Below, piece by piece: positions 20,655 to 31,029 of a stretch of 64,000 nt of DNA; the first letter of the stretch is position 1; each line of letters starts with the position of its first letter. Made by a program: the position numbers and the translations under genes. Below the pieces are notes generated by a model that ran no database searches, was not told the origin of the DNA, and was given only the letters and a program-made list of their open reading frames with translations. Origin of the DNA: Dehalococcoidia bacterium (GTDB lineage: Bacteria > Chloroflexota > Dehalococcoidia > Bin125); assembly GCA_963663235.2 (NCBI GenBank), contig CAXXNO010000004.1, positions 256,001 to 320,000 on the forward strand, written 5' to 3'.

Positions 20655-21731
20655 CTAGTCGAGCGCGCCCTCGACGCCGGCGAGCGTGGCGGGCACCTCG
20701 CGGCGGTCGGGCTCGATGGCCAGGGCGCGCTCGGGGTCTTTGAGCCCCGATCCGGTAATCACGCAGACGACGCGTTTGCCCCGCACGTCGATGCCGCGCT
20801 GCTTCAGAGCCAGCAATCCGGCGACGGAGGCGGCGGAGGCCGGCTCGGCGAAGACGCCTTCCCTGCGAGCCAGGTGCTCGTAGGCGGCGAGGATCTCGGC
20901 GTCGGACACGGCCAAGATCGCGCCGCCGGACTCGTCGCGCGCCGCGATGGCGCCGGCCCAGGAGGCCGGATTGCCGATGCGGATGGCCGTGGCCAGCGTC
21001 TCCGGCTGGGCCACGGGCCGGCCGGTGACCAGCGGCGCCGCGCCCTCCGCCTGAAAGCCGTACATGGCGGGGAGGTGGCTCATCCGGCCCAGTTGCCGGT
21101 ATTCGCGGTAGCCGCGCCAGTAGGCGGTGATGTTGCCGGCGTTGCCGACCGGCATGCAATGGATGTCGGGCGCGTCGCCGAGATCATCGACGATTTCGAA
21201 GGCGGCGGTCTTCTGCCCCTCAATGCGGTGGGGGTTGACGGAGTTGACGAGGGCGATCGGCCGCCGCTCGGTCACCTCGCGGGCGAGGCGGAGGGCGTCG
21301 TCGAAGGAACCGTCGATGGCGAGGATGCGCGCGCCGTGCGCTACGGCCTGGGCGAGCTTGCCGCGCGCCACGGCGCCCCGGGGGACCAGGACGAAGACGC
21401 GCAGGCCGCATCGCGCGGCGTAGGCGGCGGCGGAGGCGCTGGTGTTGCCGGTGGAGGCGCAGAGCACGGCGGGGAAGCCGACCTCGAGCGCCTTGGCCAC
21501 GGCCACGACCATGCCGCGATCCTTGAACGAGCCGGTGGGGTTGCAGGACTCCAGCTTGAGCATCACAGAGGCCGCGCCGGTCAGCTGTTCCAGGGCAGGC
21601 GCCGGCACCAGCGGCGTGCTGCCCTCGCCCAGCGTGATCCGCGGGGTCTGATCCGTGAGCGGCAGATGGTCGGCGAAGCTGGCCAGCACGCCCTGGGGCG
21701 CCGAACCTTGGAGGGTGGGAGGGTCAGGCAT
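20655..21731 (-). CDS. thrC: Threonine synthase
   Basis: [26 protein letters not shown]. Confidence 0.95.
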   Translation of the reverse strand: MPDPPTLQGSAPQGVLASFADHLPLTDQTPRITLGEGSTPLVPAPALEQLTGAASVMLKLESCNPTGSFKDRGMVVAVAKALEVGFPAVLCASTGNTSASAAAYAARCGLRVFVLVPRGAVARGKLAQAVAHGARILAIDGSFDDALRLAREVTERRPIALVNSVNPHRIEGQKTAAFEIVDDLGDAPDIHCMPVGNAGNITAYWRGYREYRQLGRMSHLPAMYGFQAEGAAPLVTGRPVAQPETLATAIRIGNPASWAGAIAARDESGGAILAVSDAEILAAYEHLARREGVFAEPASAASVAGLLALKQRGIDVRGKRVVCVITGSGLKDPERALAIEPDRREVPATLAGVEGALD

Positions 21732-22749
21732 TCGAGTTGGGCGTTCGCTCGGGGCGGTTGTAGCCCTTGATCTCGCGGACCTCCTGCTCAAGGTCGGCGA
21801 TCTGGCGACGGCGCAGCTTTTCCTGGAAGGCGCTGAAGCGCTGCGCCTCGGCGATGGCGAGGTCGCGCACCTCCTGAACCAAGTTCCGCAGATCCGAGAG
21901 CGCACGATCCTGCTGGTCGGTCTTGCCGCGACTGCGCTCGATCATCCGCTCGAGGTCCTCGAGGCGGCTGGTGAGCGCGGTGTGGTCGCGGGCGACGCCG
22001 CTGGACCGCTCGGCGGTCGCTTCCGTGGTGATGCGAATCGCCTCGAGCCGCTCGCGAGCGACTTCGAATTCGCTGCGCAGATCCTCGACCCCCAAGGGGC
22101 CTTCCAGGACGCGCCCGAGTTGTTCCTCCGCGATCCCCAGCCGTTCGCCGAAGTCGCCGGCGGCGCGCTGGACAATGTCCATGTCCTCGGCCCAGGACTC
22201 GGCTGTCGCTTGGCCGCGCCGCTGGGCTTCTCCCGTGGCGGCCAGGCGCGAGTCCAAAGCCGCAAGCGTGATGTCGATCTGATCGAGGCGCTGGGACTGG
22301 AGGCTGAGGTCGTTGCGAAGGTGGCGTCCGGAATCATCGAGGCTGCCGAGTTTGTCGTGGACGCCGCTGGCCACGCGCTCGGCGGACTCCGTCTGGCGGA
22401 GGACGCGTCCGCGATCATCGCGGTCTCCCTGCATCTCCGCCCGCAGCTGGCGGGCGAGGTGCTCCGTCTGCTCCTGGTCCTGCGCCACCAAGGACTGCAC
22501 GCGGTCCACGCGCTCGCGCAGCCCCCGGACTTCGCCGGAGATGCCGACGAGCGCGTCCATCTGGGAAGCGAGGTTGTTCGCCCCGCTCTCCGAGCGCTGG
22601 AAGCGCTCGACGAGGTCCCACAGCTGGTCGTGGTCGTGTCGCAGTTGTTCGGACTGCTTGGCAATGTCCAGCTTGAGCTGGTGCATCTCGCCTTCCATCC
22701 ACTCCAGCATGGCCTGGGCGGTTTCCGGCGGGTCAGATGACGCGGTCAC
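21724..22749 (-). CDS. Long coiled-coil hypothetical protein
   Basis: 341 aa E/R/Q/L-rich helical ORF overlapping both the hom stop and the thrC start. Confidence 0.75.
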   Translation of the reverse strand: MTASSDPPETAQAMLEWMEGEMHQLKLDIAKQSEQLRHDHDQLWDLVERFQRSESGANNLASQMDALVGISGEVRGLRERVDRVQSLVAQDQEQTEHLARQLRAEMQGDRDDRGRVLRQTESAERVASGVHDKLGSLDDSGRHLRNDLSLQSQRLDQIDITLAALDSRLAATGEAQRRGQATAESWAEDMDIVQRAAGDFGERLGIAEEQLGRVLEGPLGVEDLRSEFEVARERLEAIRITTEATAERSSGVARDHTALTSRLEDLERMIERSRGKTDQQDRALSDLRNLVQEVRDLAIAEAQRFSAFQEKLRRRQIADLEQEVREIKGYNRPERTPNSNA

Positions 22750-24062
22750 GGCCGGGGGCTCTCCATGCGAATGCGGATGCCGATCTCCAGCAGTGCGTCG
22801 AGAGCCGTGGCCTGCTGGAGGAAGCGATCCATATCCGCTTCCTGGGCGGCGTGCGTGGTGATCACGATCTCGGCCGTACCGGCGACAGGGTCGGCCTCCA
22901 TCTGGAGGAGGGAGGCGATGCTGATGTGGTTCTCCGCAAAGGCTCGCCCGATCTCCGCCAGCACGCCAGGCCGGTCCCGGACCAGGGTACGGAGATAATA
23001 CCCCATCCGCAGGGCGCCCATCGGTTGGATGCAGGGCGTGGGATCGGAGGGACGCTGCGGGCGGGGCCGCTGCCCGGCGGCGATGCCGTAGACGACATCG
23101 AGGAGGTCGGCGACGACGGCGCTGGTCGTCGGCCCGGCGCCGGCGCCGGGCCCTTCAAAGAGGGCGCGTCCCAGCAGATCGCCCTCGACCGCGACGGCGT
23201 TGAGCACGCCATCAACCTTGGCCAGCGGATCCTCCAGCGGGATGAGTGTGGGATGCACCCGCACTTCCAGGGCGCCGTCCGTGCGCCGCGCCGTGGCGAT
23301 GAGGCGAATCGCATAGCCCAGGCGGCGCGCGTATTCGAAATCCTTGGGCGTCAAGCGGGTGATGCCCTCGCGGTAGACATGGTCCGGATGGACGGTGGTG
23401 TGAAAGGCCAGGCTGGCGAGGATGGCCAGTTTGTAGGCGGCGTCGATCCCTTCGACATCGTTGGTGGGGTCGGCTTCGGCGTAGCCGCGGCGCTGGGCTT
23501 CGGCGAGGGCGGCCTCGTAGGAGAGGCCGTCACGGGCGATGGCGGTGAGGATGAAGTTGGTGGTGCCGTTGATGATGGCATGGATGGCGCGGATCTCGTT
23601 CGCCTGGAGGTCCCGCTTGAGCGGCGCGATGATGGGGATGCCGCCGCCCACGCTGGCCTCGTAGAGCAATTCGACATGGTGCTGGTGGGCGAGCGCGAGG
23701 AGCGCGGGGCCGTCTGTCGCCATCACCTCTTTGTTCGCGGTCACCACGTGCTTGCCGGCATTCAGAGCGGCGCGGATGCAGCCGCGCGCGGGCTCCAGCC
23801 CCCCCATCACCTCCACCACCACATCAACGCGCGGATCGGTGGCCACGGCCAGAGGGTCGGTTGTGAGCAGGGCGGGGTCGAGCGCGAGCGGGCGGGGGCG
23901 GGCGGGATTGCGCACGGCGACGCGGCGGACCTCAATAGGCCGGCCACTGCGCTGCGCGTAGTAGTGGGCCTGCGCCTGCAACGCGCCGAAGACGCTAGCG
24001 CCCACGACGCCGAGTCCCAACAGGCCGACGCCAACCGGGGCTGCCGCGGGGGACTCCGCCAT
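22746..24062 (-). CDS. hom: Homoserine dehydrogenase with C-terminal ACT domain
   Basis: GLGVVG, HVVTANK, EASVGGGIP, DRPGVLA. Confidence 0.96.
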   Translation of the reverse strand: MAESPAAAPVGVGLLGLGVVGASVFGALQAQAHYYAQRSGRPIEVRRVAVRNPARPRPLALDPALLTTDPLAVATDPRVDVVVEVMGGLEPARGCIRAALNAGKHVVTANKEVMATDGPALLALAHQHHVELLYEASVGGGIPIIAPLKRDLQANEIRAIHAIINGTTNFILTAIARDGLSYEAALAEAQRRGYAEADPTNDVEGIDAAYKLAILASLAFHTTVHPDHVYREGITRLTPKDFEYARRLGYAIRLIATARRTDGALEVRVHPTLIPLEDPLAKVDGVLNAVAVEGDLLGRALFEGPGAGAGPTTSAVVADLLDVVYGIAAGQRPRPQRPSDPTPCIQPMGALRMGYYLRTLVRDRPGVLAEIGRAFAENHISIASLLQMEADPVAGTAEIVITTHAAQEADMDRFLQQATALDALLEIGIRIRMESPRP

Positions 24063-24065
24063 GGG

Positions 24066-25181
24066 CTACACCGCGGCGTCCGGCGGCCGGGTATCCGGCG
24101 CGGGAGCGTCCGCCTCATCACTGTCCGCCTCGTCACTGTCCGCCTCGTCACTGTCCGGAGGGGGCGCGTCCGGCTCGGGGCCGGCGGCGGGGGCCTCGGC
24201 CGGCGCGGCGCTCTCCTCTGCGACGGGCTCCTCTGTCCCGGCGGCCTCGGACGGCAGCGGTTCCGGCGGAGCGGGCGGCGGGGTCGGGGTCTCCGGCTCA
24301 GCTGCCTCCGGCGGGGCAGCCTCCGCGGACGGGACTTCCGCTGCCGGAGCTTCGGGTGTCGGGGCTTCGGGCACGGCCGCCTCGGCAGCGGCGGGAGATT
24401 CGGGGGTCGGAGCTTCGGGCACGGCCGCCTCGGCAGCGGCGGGAGATTCGGGGGTCGGAGCTTCGGGCACGGCCGCCTCGGCACCGGCGGGAGCTTCAGG
24501 TGTCGGGGCTTCGGGCGGCGTGGCTGCCAGCCCCGCTTCGCGGGCCGCCGTCTCTTCGGCGGTAGCCGGGGGCGGCACGCGGGCGGGCCGCGTCTGCGCT
24601 CGGTAGTGAGACGCGAGGCGCATGTGCTCCGCGGTGTATGGCAGGAGCGCCACATGCCGCGCGCGCTTGATGGCTATCGTGAGGCGGCGCTGATCCTTGG
24701 CCGTCAGACCGGTCTTGCGCCGCGGCTCGATCTTGCCGCGCTCCGAGATGAGCCGCCGCAGCTTCTCGATGTCTTTGTACGTGATGTGCTGGACTTCGTC
24801 CGGGGTATATACCGGCGCGCGGCGGCCGTAGCGGCGTCGGGGGCCGCCGCCACGCGGTCGCGGGCCTGAGGACCGGTCGTCCGCGTCTGAGCGCCGGTCG
24901 TCCGAGCGCCGGTCGTCCGAGCGTCGGTCGTCCGAGCGCCGATCGTCCGAGCGCCGATCGTCCGAGCGCCGGTCGTCCGAGGGCGGGGAGCGGGGCGGGG
25001 CCGAAGGCACCGGAACCGGCGCCGCGGGTGCGGAAACCGCCGGGGCGGGTTCCGCCGGCGCCGCGGGTGCAGGTTCCGCCGGCGCCGCGGGTGCGGAAAC
25101 CGCCGGGGCGGGTTCCGCCGGCGCCGCGGCGGCGGGCGCGGCCGATGGGGACGAGTCTTCGCCCTCGGTCTCGGTGGGCAT
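24066..25181 (-). CDS. rpsR: 30S ribosomal protein S18 (Cys-less form) inside long repeat extensions, 371 aa
   Basis: Core [24 protein letters not shown]...[13 protein letters not shown]; follows rpsF-ssb. Confidence 0.92.
   Translation of the reverse strand: MPTETEGEDSSPSAAPAAAAPAEPAPAVSAPAAPAEPAPAAPAEPAPAVSAPAAPVPVPSAPPRSPPSDDRRSDDRRSDDRRSDDRRSDDRRSDDRRSDADDRSSGPRPRGGGPRRRYGRRAPVYTPDEVQHITYKDIEKLRRLISERGKIEPRRKTGLTAKDQRRLTIAIKRARHVALLPYTAEHMRLASHYRAQTRPARVPPPATAEETAAREAGLAATPPEAPTPEAPAGAEAAVPEAPTPESPAAAEAAVPEAPTPESPAAAEAAVPEAPTPEAPAAEVPSAEAAPPEAAEPETPTPPPAPPEPLPSEAAGTEEPVAEESAAPAEAPAAGPEPDAPPPDSDEADSDEADSDEADAPAPDTRPPDAAV
24340..24520. repeat. 48-bp tandem repeat encoding [16 protein letters not shown] (3-4 copies) in the S18 C-tail
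   Basis: Visible in DNA and protein. Confidence 0.9.
24889..24981. repeat. 15-bp tandem repeat encoding (SDDRR)x6 in the S18 N-extension
   Basis: gagcgccggtcgtcc units. Confidence 0.95.
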
Positions 25182-25224
25182 AGTCGGCTACTCCTTTGGA
25201 ATCCTTCGCGGAGAAGGATGCCCT

Positions 25225-25662
25225 TTATTCGAAGGGCAGGTCGTCGGGGCTGACCTGGCCAGCGTCGGCGCTAGGTGGTGGGCCAGCGTCGGCACCAGGC
25301 GGGCCGGTGTCGGTGAAGGGCGCGCCTTGGGCGCTGTCGAGGAACTGCACGTCCTGCGCGACCACCTCGGTGGTGTACCGTCGCTGGCCGTCCTGATCAT
25401 CCCACTGCCGGGTCTGCAAGCGCCCTTCGACGTAGACGCGCCGGCCCTTGGTGAGGTACTGACTGACGATCTCCCCGAGTTTGCCCCAGGCGACGACCCG
25501 GAACCACTCGGTTTCTTCGCGTCGCTCGCCGTCTTGGGTGGAGTAGTTGCGGTTCACCGCGACGCGCAGGTTGGTGACCGCGGTCCCGTTGGCCGTGTAG
25601 CGCATTTCGGGGTCGGCGCCCAGATTTCCGATGATCATCACTTTGTTGAGGCCCGCCGCCAT
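25225..25662 (-). CDS. ssb: Single-stranded DNA-binding protein
   Basis: NKVMIIGNLGADPEMRY, VEGRLQTRQW, C-terminal DDLPFE. Confidence 0.97.
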   Translation of the reverse strand: MAAGLNKVMIIGNLGADPEMRYTANGTAVTNLRVAVNRNYSTQDGERREETEWFRVVAWGKLGEIVSQYLTKGRRVYVEGRLQTRQWDDQDGQRRYTTEVVAQDVQFLDSAQGAPFTDTGPPGADAGPPPSADAGQVSPDDLPFE

Positions 25663-25677
25663 TGGAACCCCCCGTCG

Positions 25678-25971
25678 CTATTTGTCTCGACGCAGCAACA
25701 GGTACCGGAGCACCGACTCATCGATGCTCAGTGCCTGTTCCACTTCGCGATTGCCATCGCCACCCGCCGCGCTGAACTGGGCGATGACGTAGTCGGCCTC
25801 GAAGTGCTGCTTAATCGGATAGGCGAGCCGCCGTCGCCCCCAGTGGATCAGATCGGTGATCGAGCCACCGTGGCCGGCGATCAGATCTCGCAGCTTCTCC
25901 ATCTTCTGGGGGAGTTGCTCCTCCCCGCCCTCGGGGTTGAGCACCACCATCAACTCATAGTCGTACGCCAC
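25678..25971 (-). CDS. rpsF: 30S ribosomal protein S6
   Basis: YELMVVLNP, WGRRRLAYPIK, ESVLRYL; GTG start after GGAGG. Confidence 0.95.
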   Translation of the reverse strand: MAYDYELMVVLNPEGGEEQLPQKMEKLRDLIAGHGGSITDLIHWGRRRLAYPIKQHFEADYVIAQFSAAGGDGNREVEQALSIDESVLRYLLLRRDK

Positions 25972-26026
25972 ACCGACCTCCCGACAGCGCAAACACCGCG
26001 CCACGCGCCCGCCTTCGAGCGGCATC

Positions 26027-26032
26027 AGTATA
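26027..26032 (-). promoter_or_regulatory. Putative -10 box (TATACT) for rpsF-ssb-rpsR
   Basis: Near-consensus AT-rich hexamer about 55 nt upstream of rpsF in GC-rich DNA; no clear -35. Confidence 0.45.
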
Positions 26033-26086
26033 GAGCAGGGACCGCCTCTGCTTCTGTTCGCCATGAGCACCAGAGAACGCTGCGTC

Positions 26087-27349
26087 TCAGGGAGAGATGC
26101 CGGGGACGGGAAAAGCACGGACCATCTCGGCGACCTCCGCCCGCACCGTCGTCTGCACGGCTGCGTCATCGACATCGGCCAGCACACGGCCGATCAAGCG
26201 GGCGATCCGGCGCATCTCGTCCGGGCCCATTCCGCGGGTCGAGAGCGCGGCCGTGCCGACGCGGATGCCGCTGGCGACGGTGGGTTTGCGCGTGTCAAAG
26301 GGGATGGTGTTCTTGTTGACGGTGATGCCGGCGCTGCCCAGCGCCTCTTCGACGGCCTTGCCCGTGAGGTCGAGGACGCCCACGTCCACCAGCAGCAGGT
26401 GATTGTCGCTGCCGCCGGAGACGAGGCGCAGGCCGGCGGCCCGCAACCCCTCCGTCAGGACCTGCGTGTTTTCGATGATGGCGGCCGCGTAGCGGCGGAA
26501 GTCGTCCGTGGCGGCCTCTTTGAACGCCACCGCCTTGGCGGCGATGGTGTGCATGTGCGGCCCGCCCGAGGTTCCGGGAAAGACGGCGCGATCGATCGCG
26601 GTCGCGTGTTCGGCGTCGCAGAGGATGAAGGCGGAGCGCGGGCCGCGCAGCGTCTTGTGGGTGGTGGAGGTAATGACGGGCGCCAAGCCGACCGGCGACG
26701 GATGCAGCCCGGCCGCCACCAGCCCGGCGACGTGCGCCATATCCACCACAAGCGTCGCGCCCACGCTCTCGGCGATCTCCGCGCTGCGGGCAAAGTCATA
26801 GCGGCGCGGGTAGGCGGTGGCGCCCACGACGATCACCTTGGGGCGGTGCGTGCGCGCCAGTTCCGCCATGGCATCGTAGTCGATGAGCTCCGTCTCGCGG
26901 TCCACGCCGTAGGAGACGAAGTTGAACCATCGGCCGGAAAGGTTGACGCGCAGGCCGTGCGTCAGGTGACCGCCGTGGCTGAGCTCCATGCCCAGGGCGG
27001 TGTCGCCGGGTTCCATGAGCGCGTAGTAGGCGGCGAGGTTGGCCTGCGCGCCGGAGTGGGGCTGGACGTTGGCGTGCTCGGCGGCGAACAGCGCTTTGGC
27101 GCGGTCGATCGCCAGCGTCTCCACCTCATCGACGTGCTCGCAGCCGCCGTAATAGCGCTTGCCCGGATAGCCCTCCGCGTACTTGTTGGTGAGGATCGAG
27201 CCCATGGCGGCCAAGACGGCCGGGCTGGTGTAGTTCTCCGAGGCGATCATCTCCAGCGTGTCGCGCTGGCGGGTGGCCTCGCGCCCCAGGGCGGCGGCGA
27301 TATCGGGGTCGGCGGCGGCCAGGACGTCGACCGTTCCGGTCTGAACCAT
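26087..27349 (-). CDS. glyA: Serine hydroxymethyltransferase
   Basis: [26 protein letters not shown]. Confidence 0.97.
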   Translation of the reverse strand: MVQTGTVDVLAAADPDIAAALGREATRQRDTLEMIASENYTSPAVLAAMGSILTNKYAEGYPGKRYYGGCEHVDEVETLAIDRAKALFAAEHANVQPHSGAQANLAAYYALMEPGDTALGMELSHGGHLTHGLRVNLSGRWFNFVSYGVDRETELIDYDAMAELARTHRPKVIVVGATAYPRRYDFARSAEIAESVGATLVVDMAHVAGLVAAGLHPSPVGLAPVITSTTHKTLRGPRSAFILCDAEHATAIDRAVFPGTSGGPHMHTIAAKAVAFKEAATDDFRRYAAAIIENTQVLTEGLRAAGLRLVSGGSDNHLLLVDVGVLDLTGKAVEEALGSAGITVNKNTIPFDTRKPTVASGIRVGTAALSTRGMGPDEMRRIARLIGRVLADVDDAAVQTTVRAEVAEMVRAFPVPGISP

Positions 27350-27387
27350 TCCCACACACTTTCGAGAGACGGCGTGGCGGCAGGGCC

Positions 27388-27417
27388 AGTCTAGGAGCGC
27401 GCCGGAGAGCCGGTCAA
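27388..27417 (-). promoter_or_regulatory. Putative sigma70 promoter for glyA
   Basis: TTGACC (27417-27412), 18-bp spacer, TAGACT (27393-27388). Confidence 0.5.
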
Positions 27418-27451
27418 ACGAACGCGCCTTCGAGCCGGCGAGCGCTCCGCG

Positions 27452-28168
27452 TCAGTCATCGCGGGCCAGGGCCCAGGCGTGGACCGACTCCGCGCCGGCC
27501 GCGCGCAGCGCTTGCGCGCAGGCGTCGAGCGTTGCGCCGGAGGTGGTGACGTCATCGACGACGAGGATGCGACGCCCGTGGACACGGGAGCGCTCGGCGG
27601 TGAATGCGCCGCGCACGTTCCGCCGTCTCGCTTCCAGATCCGGCTGGCGCGCCTGCGGCGGCGCCGCGCGGGTGCGGCGCAGCGCGCGCGAGTCGACGGG
27701 GACGCCGATCCGATCGCCAAGGCGCGTGGCGAAGAGGTGGGCTTGGTTGAAGCCGCGGACCCGACGGCGGCGGCCGGCCATGGGGACGGGGACGACGCGG
27801 TCAAGCGCGTCCGGGAGTGAGCGGAGGTCCACCGCGGCGACGAGCGGCCCCACGGCCGCCGTCGCGCCCTGGTACTTGACGGCGTGCACCGCATCACGCA
27901 CGCGTCCCTCAAAGACGTACGCCGCGCGCAGGCTGTCGAACGCGGGGAGGGAGGTGGCGCAGTGGGCGCAATCGGAAGCGCCACGGGGGCTCCAGCAACG
28001 CGCGCAGCGGTCGCCGGCGGCGGGGAGGAAGTTGTTGATACAGCCATCGCAGAGCTGGGCGCCCGTCCGGTCGCAGGCGACGCAACGGGGCGGGAAGAGG
28101 AGATCCAGGAGGCCGTTCCACGCCTGCCTGGCCATCGGCGGCGACGGGATCGGGTACGCCTTCGGCAC
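27452..28168 (-). CDS. comF: ComF family protein (double Zn ribbon plus PRTase); start may be 28135
   Basis: LFPPRCVAC...CDGC...CARC...CAHC, RGFNQ, VVDDVTTSGAT. Confidence 0.9.
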   Translation of the reverse strand: MPKAYPIPSPPMARQAWNGLLDLLFPPRCVACDRTGAQLCDGCINNFLPAAGDRCARCWSPRGASDCAHCATSLPAFDSLRAAYVFEGRVRDAVHAVKYQGATAAVGPLVAAVDLRSLPDALDRVVPVPMAGRRRRVRGFNQAHLFATRLGDRIGVPVDSRALRRTRAAPPQARQPDLEARRRNVRGAFTAERSRVHGRRILVVDDVTTSGATLDACAQALRAAGAESVHAWALARDD

Positions 28169-28227
28169 GACCGGCCCCCTCGCGCGCCAGCGGTTCGCCC
28201 CGGACGGAGAGAAGATACACTGCCCGC

Positions 28228-28953
28228 ATGGAGATCACGGTGCGGCTCTTCGCCAGTCTGGCCGAGACGGCCGGGGCGCGGGAGGTGCGGCTTCCCGACA
28301 TCCCACGATCGGCGACGGTTGGGGACCTGGCAGAAGCCGTGTTCGGGCGCTACCCGGCGCTCAGCGAGCTGCGTGAGTCGGTGATCTACGCCGTGAACAG
28401 CGAGTACGTGCGGCCCGATCATCCGGTGCGCGCGGGGGACGAGGTCGCGCTGATCCCGCCCGTCAGCGGCGGCGCGTCAGGCCGTGACGCCGATGCGCTC
28501 TACCGGATCAGCGCAGAGCCGCTGGACATCCAAGCGCTGCACGACCTGGTCCGAGCCGACAGCAGCGGCGCGGTCTCGCTGTTCGTGGGCGTCGTGCGCG
28601 CGAGCAACCAGGGCCGGGACGTGGCCTACTTGGAATACGACGCCTACCCGGCGATGGGGACGAAGATCATGGCGCAGATCGGCGACGAGGTGCGGGCGCG
28701 CTGGCCCATCACAGCGATCGCGATGCACCACCGGATCGGGCGGCTGGAGATCGGCGAGGCGAGCGTGGCGATCGCGGTGGCGGCGGCGCACCGGGCCGAA
28801 GCGATCGCCGGCTGCCACTACGCCATCGACCGGCTGAAGGCGATGGTTCCGATCTGGAAGAAAGAGGTCTGGACGGACGGCGCGCACTGGATCGAGGGAA
28901 GCCTGACGCCGCGCGACGAGGCGGCGCCGAGCCCGGAGCCCGCCCAGTCCTGA
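28228..28953 (+). CDS. MoaD-MoaE fusion (molybdopterin synthase, MoaX-like)
   Basis: N-terminal Ubl ending IPPVSGG, then MoaE motifs LEYDAY, HRIGRL, PIWKKE. Confidence 0.92.
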   Translation: MEITVRLFASLAETAGAREVRLPDIPRSATVGDLAEAVFGRYPALSELRESVIYAVNSEYVRPDHPVRAGDEVALIPPVSGGASGRDADALYRISAEPLDIQALHDLVRADSSGAVSLFVGVVRASNQGRDVAYLEYDAYPAMGTKIMAQIGDEVRARWPITAIAMHHRIGRLEIGEASVAIAVAAAHRAEAIAGCHYAIDRLKAMVPIWKKEVWTDGAHWIEGSLTPRDEAAPSPEPAQS

Positions 28954-28970
28954 GCAACCGACCTGCGCTG

Positions 28971-30377
28971 TTATCTGCGGCGCCGGCTCCAAGAGTTGCC
29001 GCGAGCATCGTCCTGCGTTCGGTCGTGCCGCGGCAGTTCCCCCGCACGAAAGTCCGGCGTGTCTAGCTTGGCGACGCTGCCGATGGTCACGTCGATCATG
29101 CGGGAGAGGATCCGGTCCGGGATGGCGTCCCGATCCGTCAGGTCGACGTTGGTGGTGATCACGGTGGGCAGCACGTTGATGTAGCGGTAGGAGAAGATCT
29201 GGTAGAGCTTCTCCTCCGCCCAAGGCGTGGTGCTGTGCGCGCCCAGGTCGTCCAGGATCAGCAGCCCAGCGGTACGGACCGCGTCGAAGAGATCGTCGTA
29301 GCCCTCCGGGTTGGCCGGGTTGTAGGAGGCGCGGAGGTGATCCAGCAGGTCCGGGACCACGGCGAAGTAGACGTTGTCGCCGGCGGCCAACCGTTCATGG
29401 GCGATGGCGGCGGCGAGGTGCGTCTTTCCCCGGCCGGTGTTTCCCCAGAGCGTGAGCCAGCCGGTCCCCTGACGCGCGAAGCTTTGGGCCATGGAGAGGG
29501 CGTGCCGAATGCTTTCGCTCTCCTTGGGCGTCAAGCCGCCGCGTCCCTGCGGGCGAAAGGTCTCGAAGCGGTGCGCCTGCAGCCGTTCGCGGGTCATGCC
29601 GCCGATCTGGGAGTACGCGTCGCGCGGTCCGGCATCGAGGCACTGCTGCCGCAGGCCCGGGCGGGGGGCGAGACGTCCGGCCAGCCACTGGGGCAGTTCC
29701 TGAGGGGCGCAGGTGGTGACCACCACCGTGGGGAGCGCGGCGTTGGCGCGATGGTTCAGGAGTTGGAAGAGTTTCTCGCGCGTCCAATCGGTCGGGTTGA
29801 CCGCGTCGAGGTCGTCCAGCAGCAGGAAGGGCGCGCCGCGCACCTTGTCAAAGAGATGCGGGAAGGCGATCTCGGCATCGGCGCTGTAGGCGGCGCGGAG
29901 GTGATCGAGCAGGTCCGGGACCGAGAAGTACAGGGCCGGCAGCCCCGCCTGCAAGCGCCGCTGATTCGCCATCGCCGCCGCCAGGGAGGTCTTGCCGCTC
30001 CCCGTCTTGCCCCAGAGGTGGAGCCAGCCGTCCGGCTCATCGACGAACGCCCGGGCGACGCGGAGCGCCTCCGCGAACGCCGGCGAGCGGTCCACGTCCA
30101 GCGCATCGAAGGTCACCTGCAACAAGGGCCCGAGGTTGCTGTAGCGCTGAAGCCGCGCCTGCTGCTCGTCGCGGGCCTCGTTTTCCGCGCAGCGGCAGGG
30201 GAGGGCGCGGCCGAAATCCGGATGCCCGGGCGGGCGGGCGCGGCGGACGAAGCCGGCGTCGGCGCACTCCGGGCAGGCGGGCTCCGCAGGCGCAGGCGCC
30301 GACGGGGCCTCAGCCCCCGAAGAGGTGGCCGTATTCTGAATCGCGCCAGCGGCCAGAATGTCGCCCAAGCGCCTCAT
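28971..30377 (-). CDS. DnaC/IstB-like helicase loader with Zn motif and two tandem AAA+ domains
   Basis: CPEC...CRC; two Walker A (GKTGSGKT, GNTGRGKT), two Walker B (LLDDL, ILDDL), two VPDLLDHLRA motifs. Confidence 0.88.
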   Translation of the reverse strand: MRRLGDILAAGAIQNTATSSGAEAPSAPAPAEPACPECADAGFVRRARPPGHPDFGRALPCRCAENEARDEQQARLQRYSNLGPLLQVTFDALDVDRSPAFAEALRVARAFVDEPDGWLHLWGKTGSGKTSLAAAMANQRRLQAGLPALYFSVPDLLDHLRAAYSADAEIAFPHLFDKVRGAPFLLLDDLDAVNPTDWTREKLFQLLNHRANAALPTVVVTTCAPQELPQWLAGRLAPRPGLRQQCLDAGPRDAYSQIGGMTRERLQAHRFETFRPQGRGGLTPKESESIRHALSMAQSFARQGTGWLTLWGNTGRGKTHLAAAIAHERLAAGDNVYFAVVPDLLDHLRASYNPANPEGYDDLFDAVRTAGLLILDDLGAHSTTPWAEEKLYQIFSYRYINVLPTVITTNVDLTDRDAIPDRILSRMIDVTIGSVAKLDTPDFRAGELPRHDRTQDDARGNSWSRRRR

Positions 30378-31029
30378 CGTCCCGTCCTTCTTCCTGCCAG
30401 CGCTCGAGAATGCGGCGGATGTAGCGCCAGCTCCGCTTGTTCAGCTCCGCCGCCTCGCCGAAGGCATCTTCGATCCAGGTCCATTGATAAAGTCCCTCCG
30501 CCTCGGCCAGGTCCTCGGCGATCTGGGGGGTGATCGGCCCGACCGTCTGCTCGTAAAGCACGAAGATGGAGCGCGGCGGCCGCGGGGCAGGCTGGTGCAC
30601 GGTCAGCGCCGGCCCGAGCGAGAGCTCGCCACGTCGCACCCGCTCCACGGTGCGGCGGTCGGCGGCGCTGTTGATGGTGAGCAGAGGCCGCGGGCCGCGG
30701 TCGCCGGTGGCGTCGACGAGCAGCAGCGTGCCGCGGCGGACGGCGGCGTCGAGGCCGCGCTGGAAGGCCGCGCCGACCTCGTCGTCGGGGAGCATGCGGG
30801 CCAGCGCGTCGACGAGCGGGCGCTCGGCGCGCAGCGCGGCGACATCGAGCAGGCGGGGGAAGCGGCGGAGCCGCTGCACGGTGACGATGGTGTAGAGCGT
30901 GACCAGCAGCTCGGCGGGGTCATCCATCGCCGGGATCAGGCTCCCGAACAGCGCGGCCGGAACCGGCAGCGTCTTGGCGGCGGCGGGAAAGCCGGCGAAC
31001 GGGAGCGGGTCAGTCGTTGGGGAAGGCAT
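30310..31029 (-). CDS. DnaD domain protein
   Basis: IFVLYEQTVG...WIEDAFGEAA...RSWRYIRRILERW (DnaD YxxxILxxW motif); start ATG 31029. Confidence 0.87.
   Translation of the reverse strand: MPSPTTDPLPFAGFPAAAKTLPVPAALFGSLIPAMDDPAELLVTLYTIVTVQRLRRFPRLLDVAALRAERPLVDALARMLPDDEVGAAFQRGLDAAVRRGTLLLVDATGDRGPRPLLTINSAADRRTVERVRRGELSLGPALTVHQPAPRPPRSIFVLYEQTVGPITPQIAEDLAEAEGLYQWTWIEDAFGEAAELNKRSWRYIRRILERWQEEGRDDEALGRHSGRWRDSEYGHLFGG

Noticed and set aside
22737-24869. Long plus-strand ORFs (also 12541-14562, 30899-33367, 35642-38248, 55984-57996, 60306-62339)
   Set aside because: Antisense shadows of high-GC genes with no recognisable motifs.
25972-26025. S6:S18 ribosomal leader
   Set aside because: A small hairpin precedes the RBS, but I could not place the conserved CCG-bulge architecture; needs an Infernal search.
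28971-30377. IstB-like ATPase as an IS21 element or prophage replication gene
   Set aside because: No IstA, terminal repeats or phage genes; it lies in the rplI-dnaB-dnaD operon.
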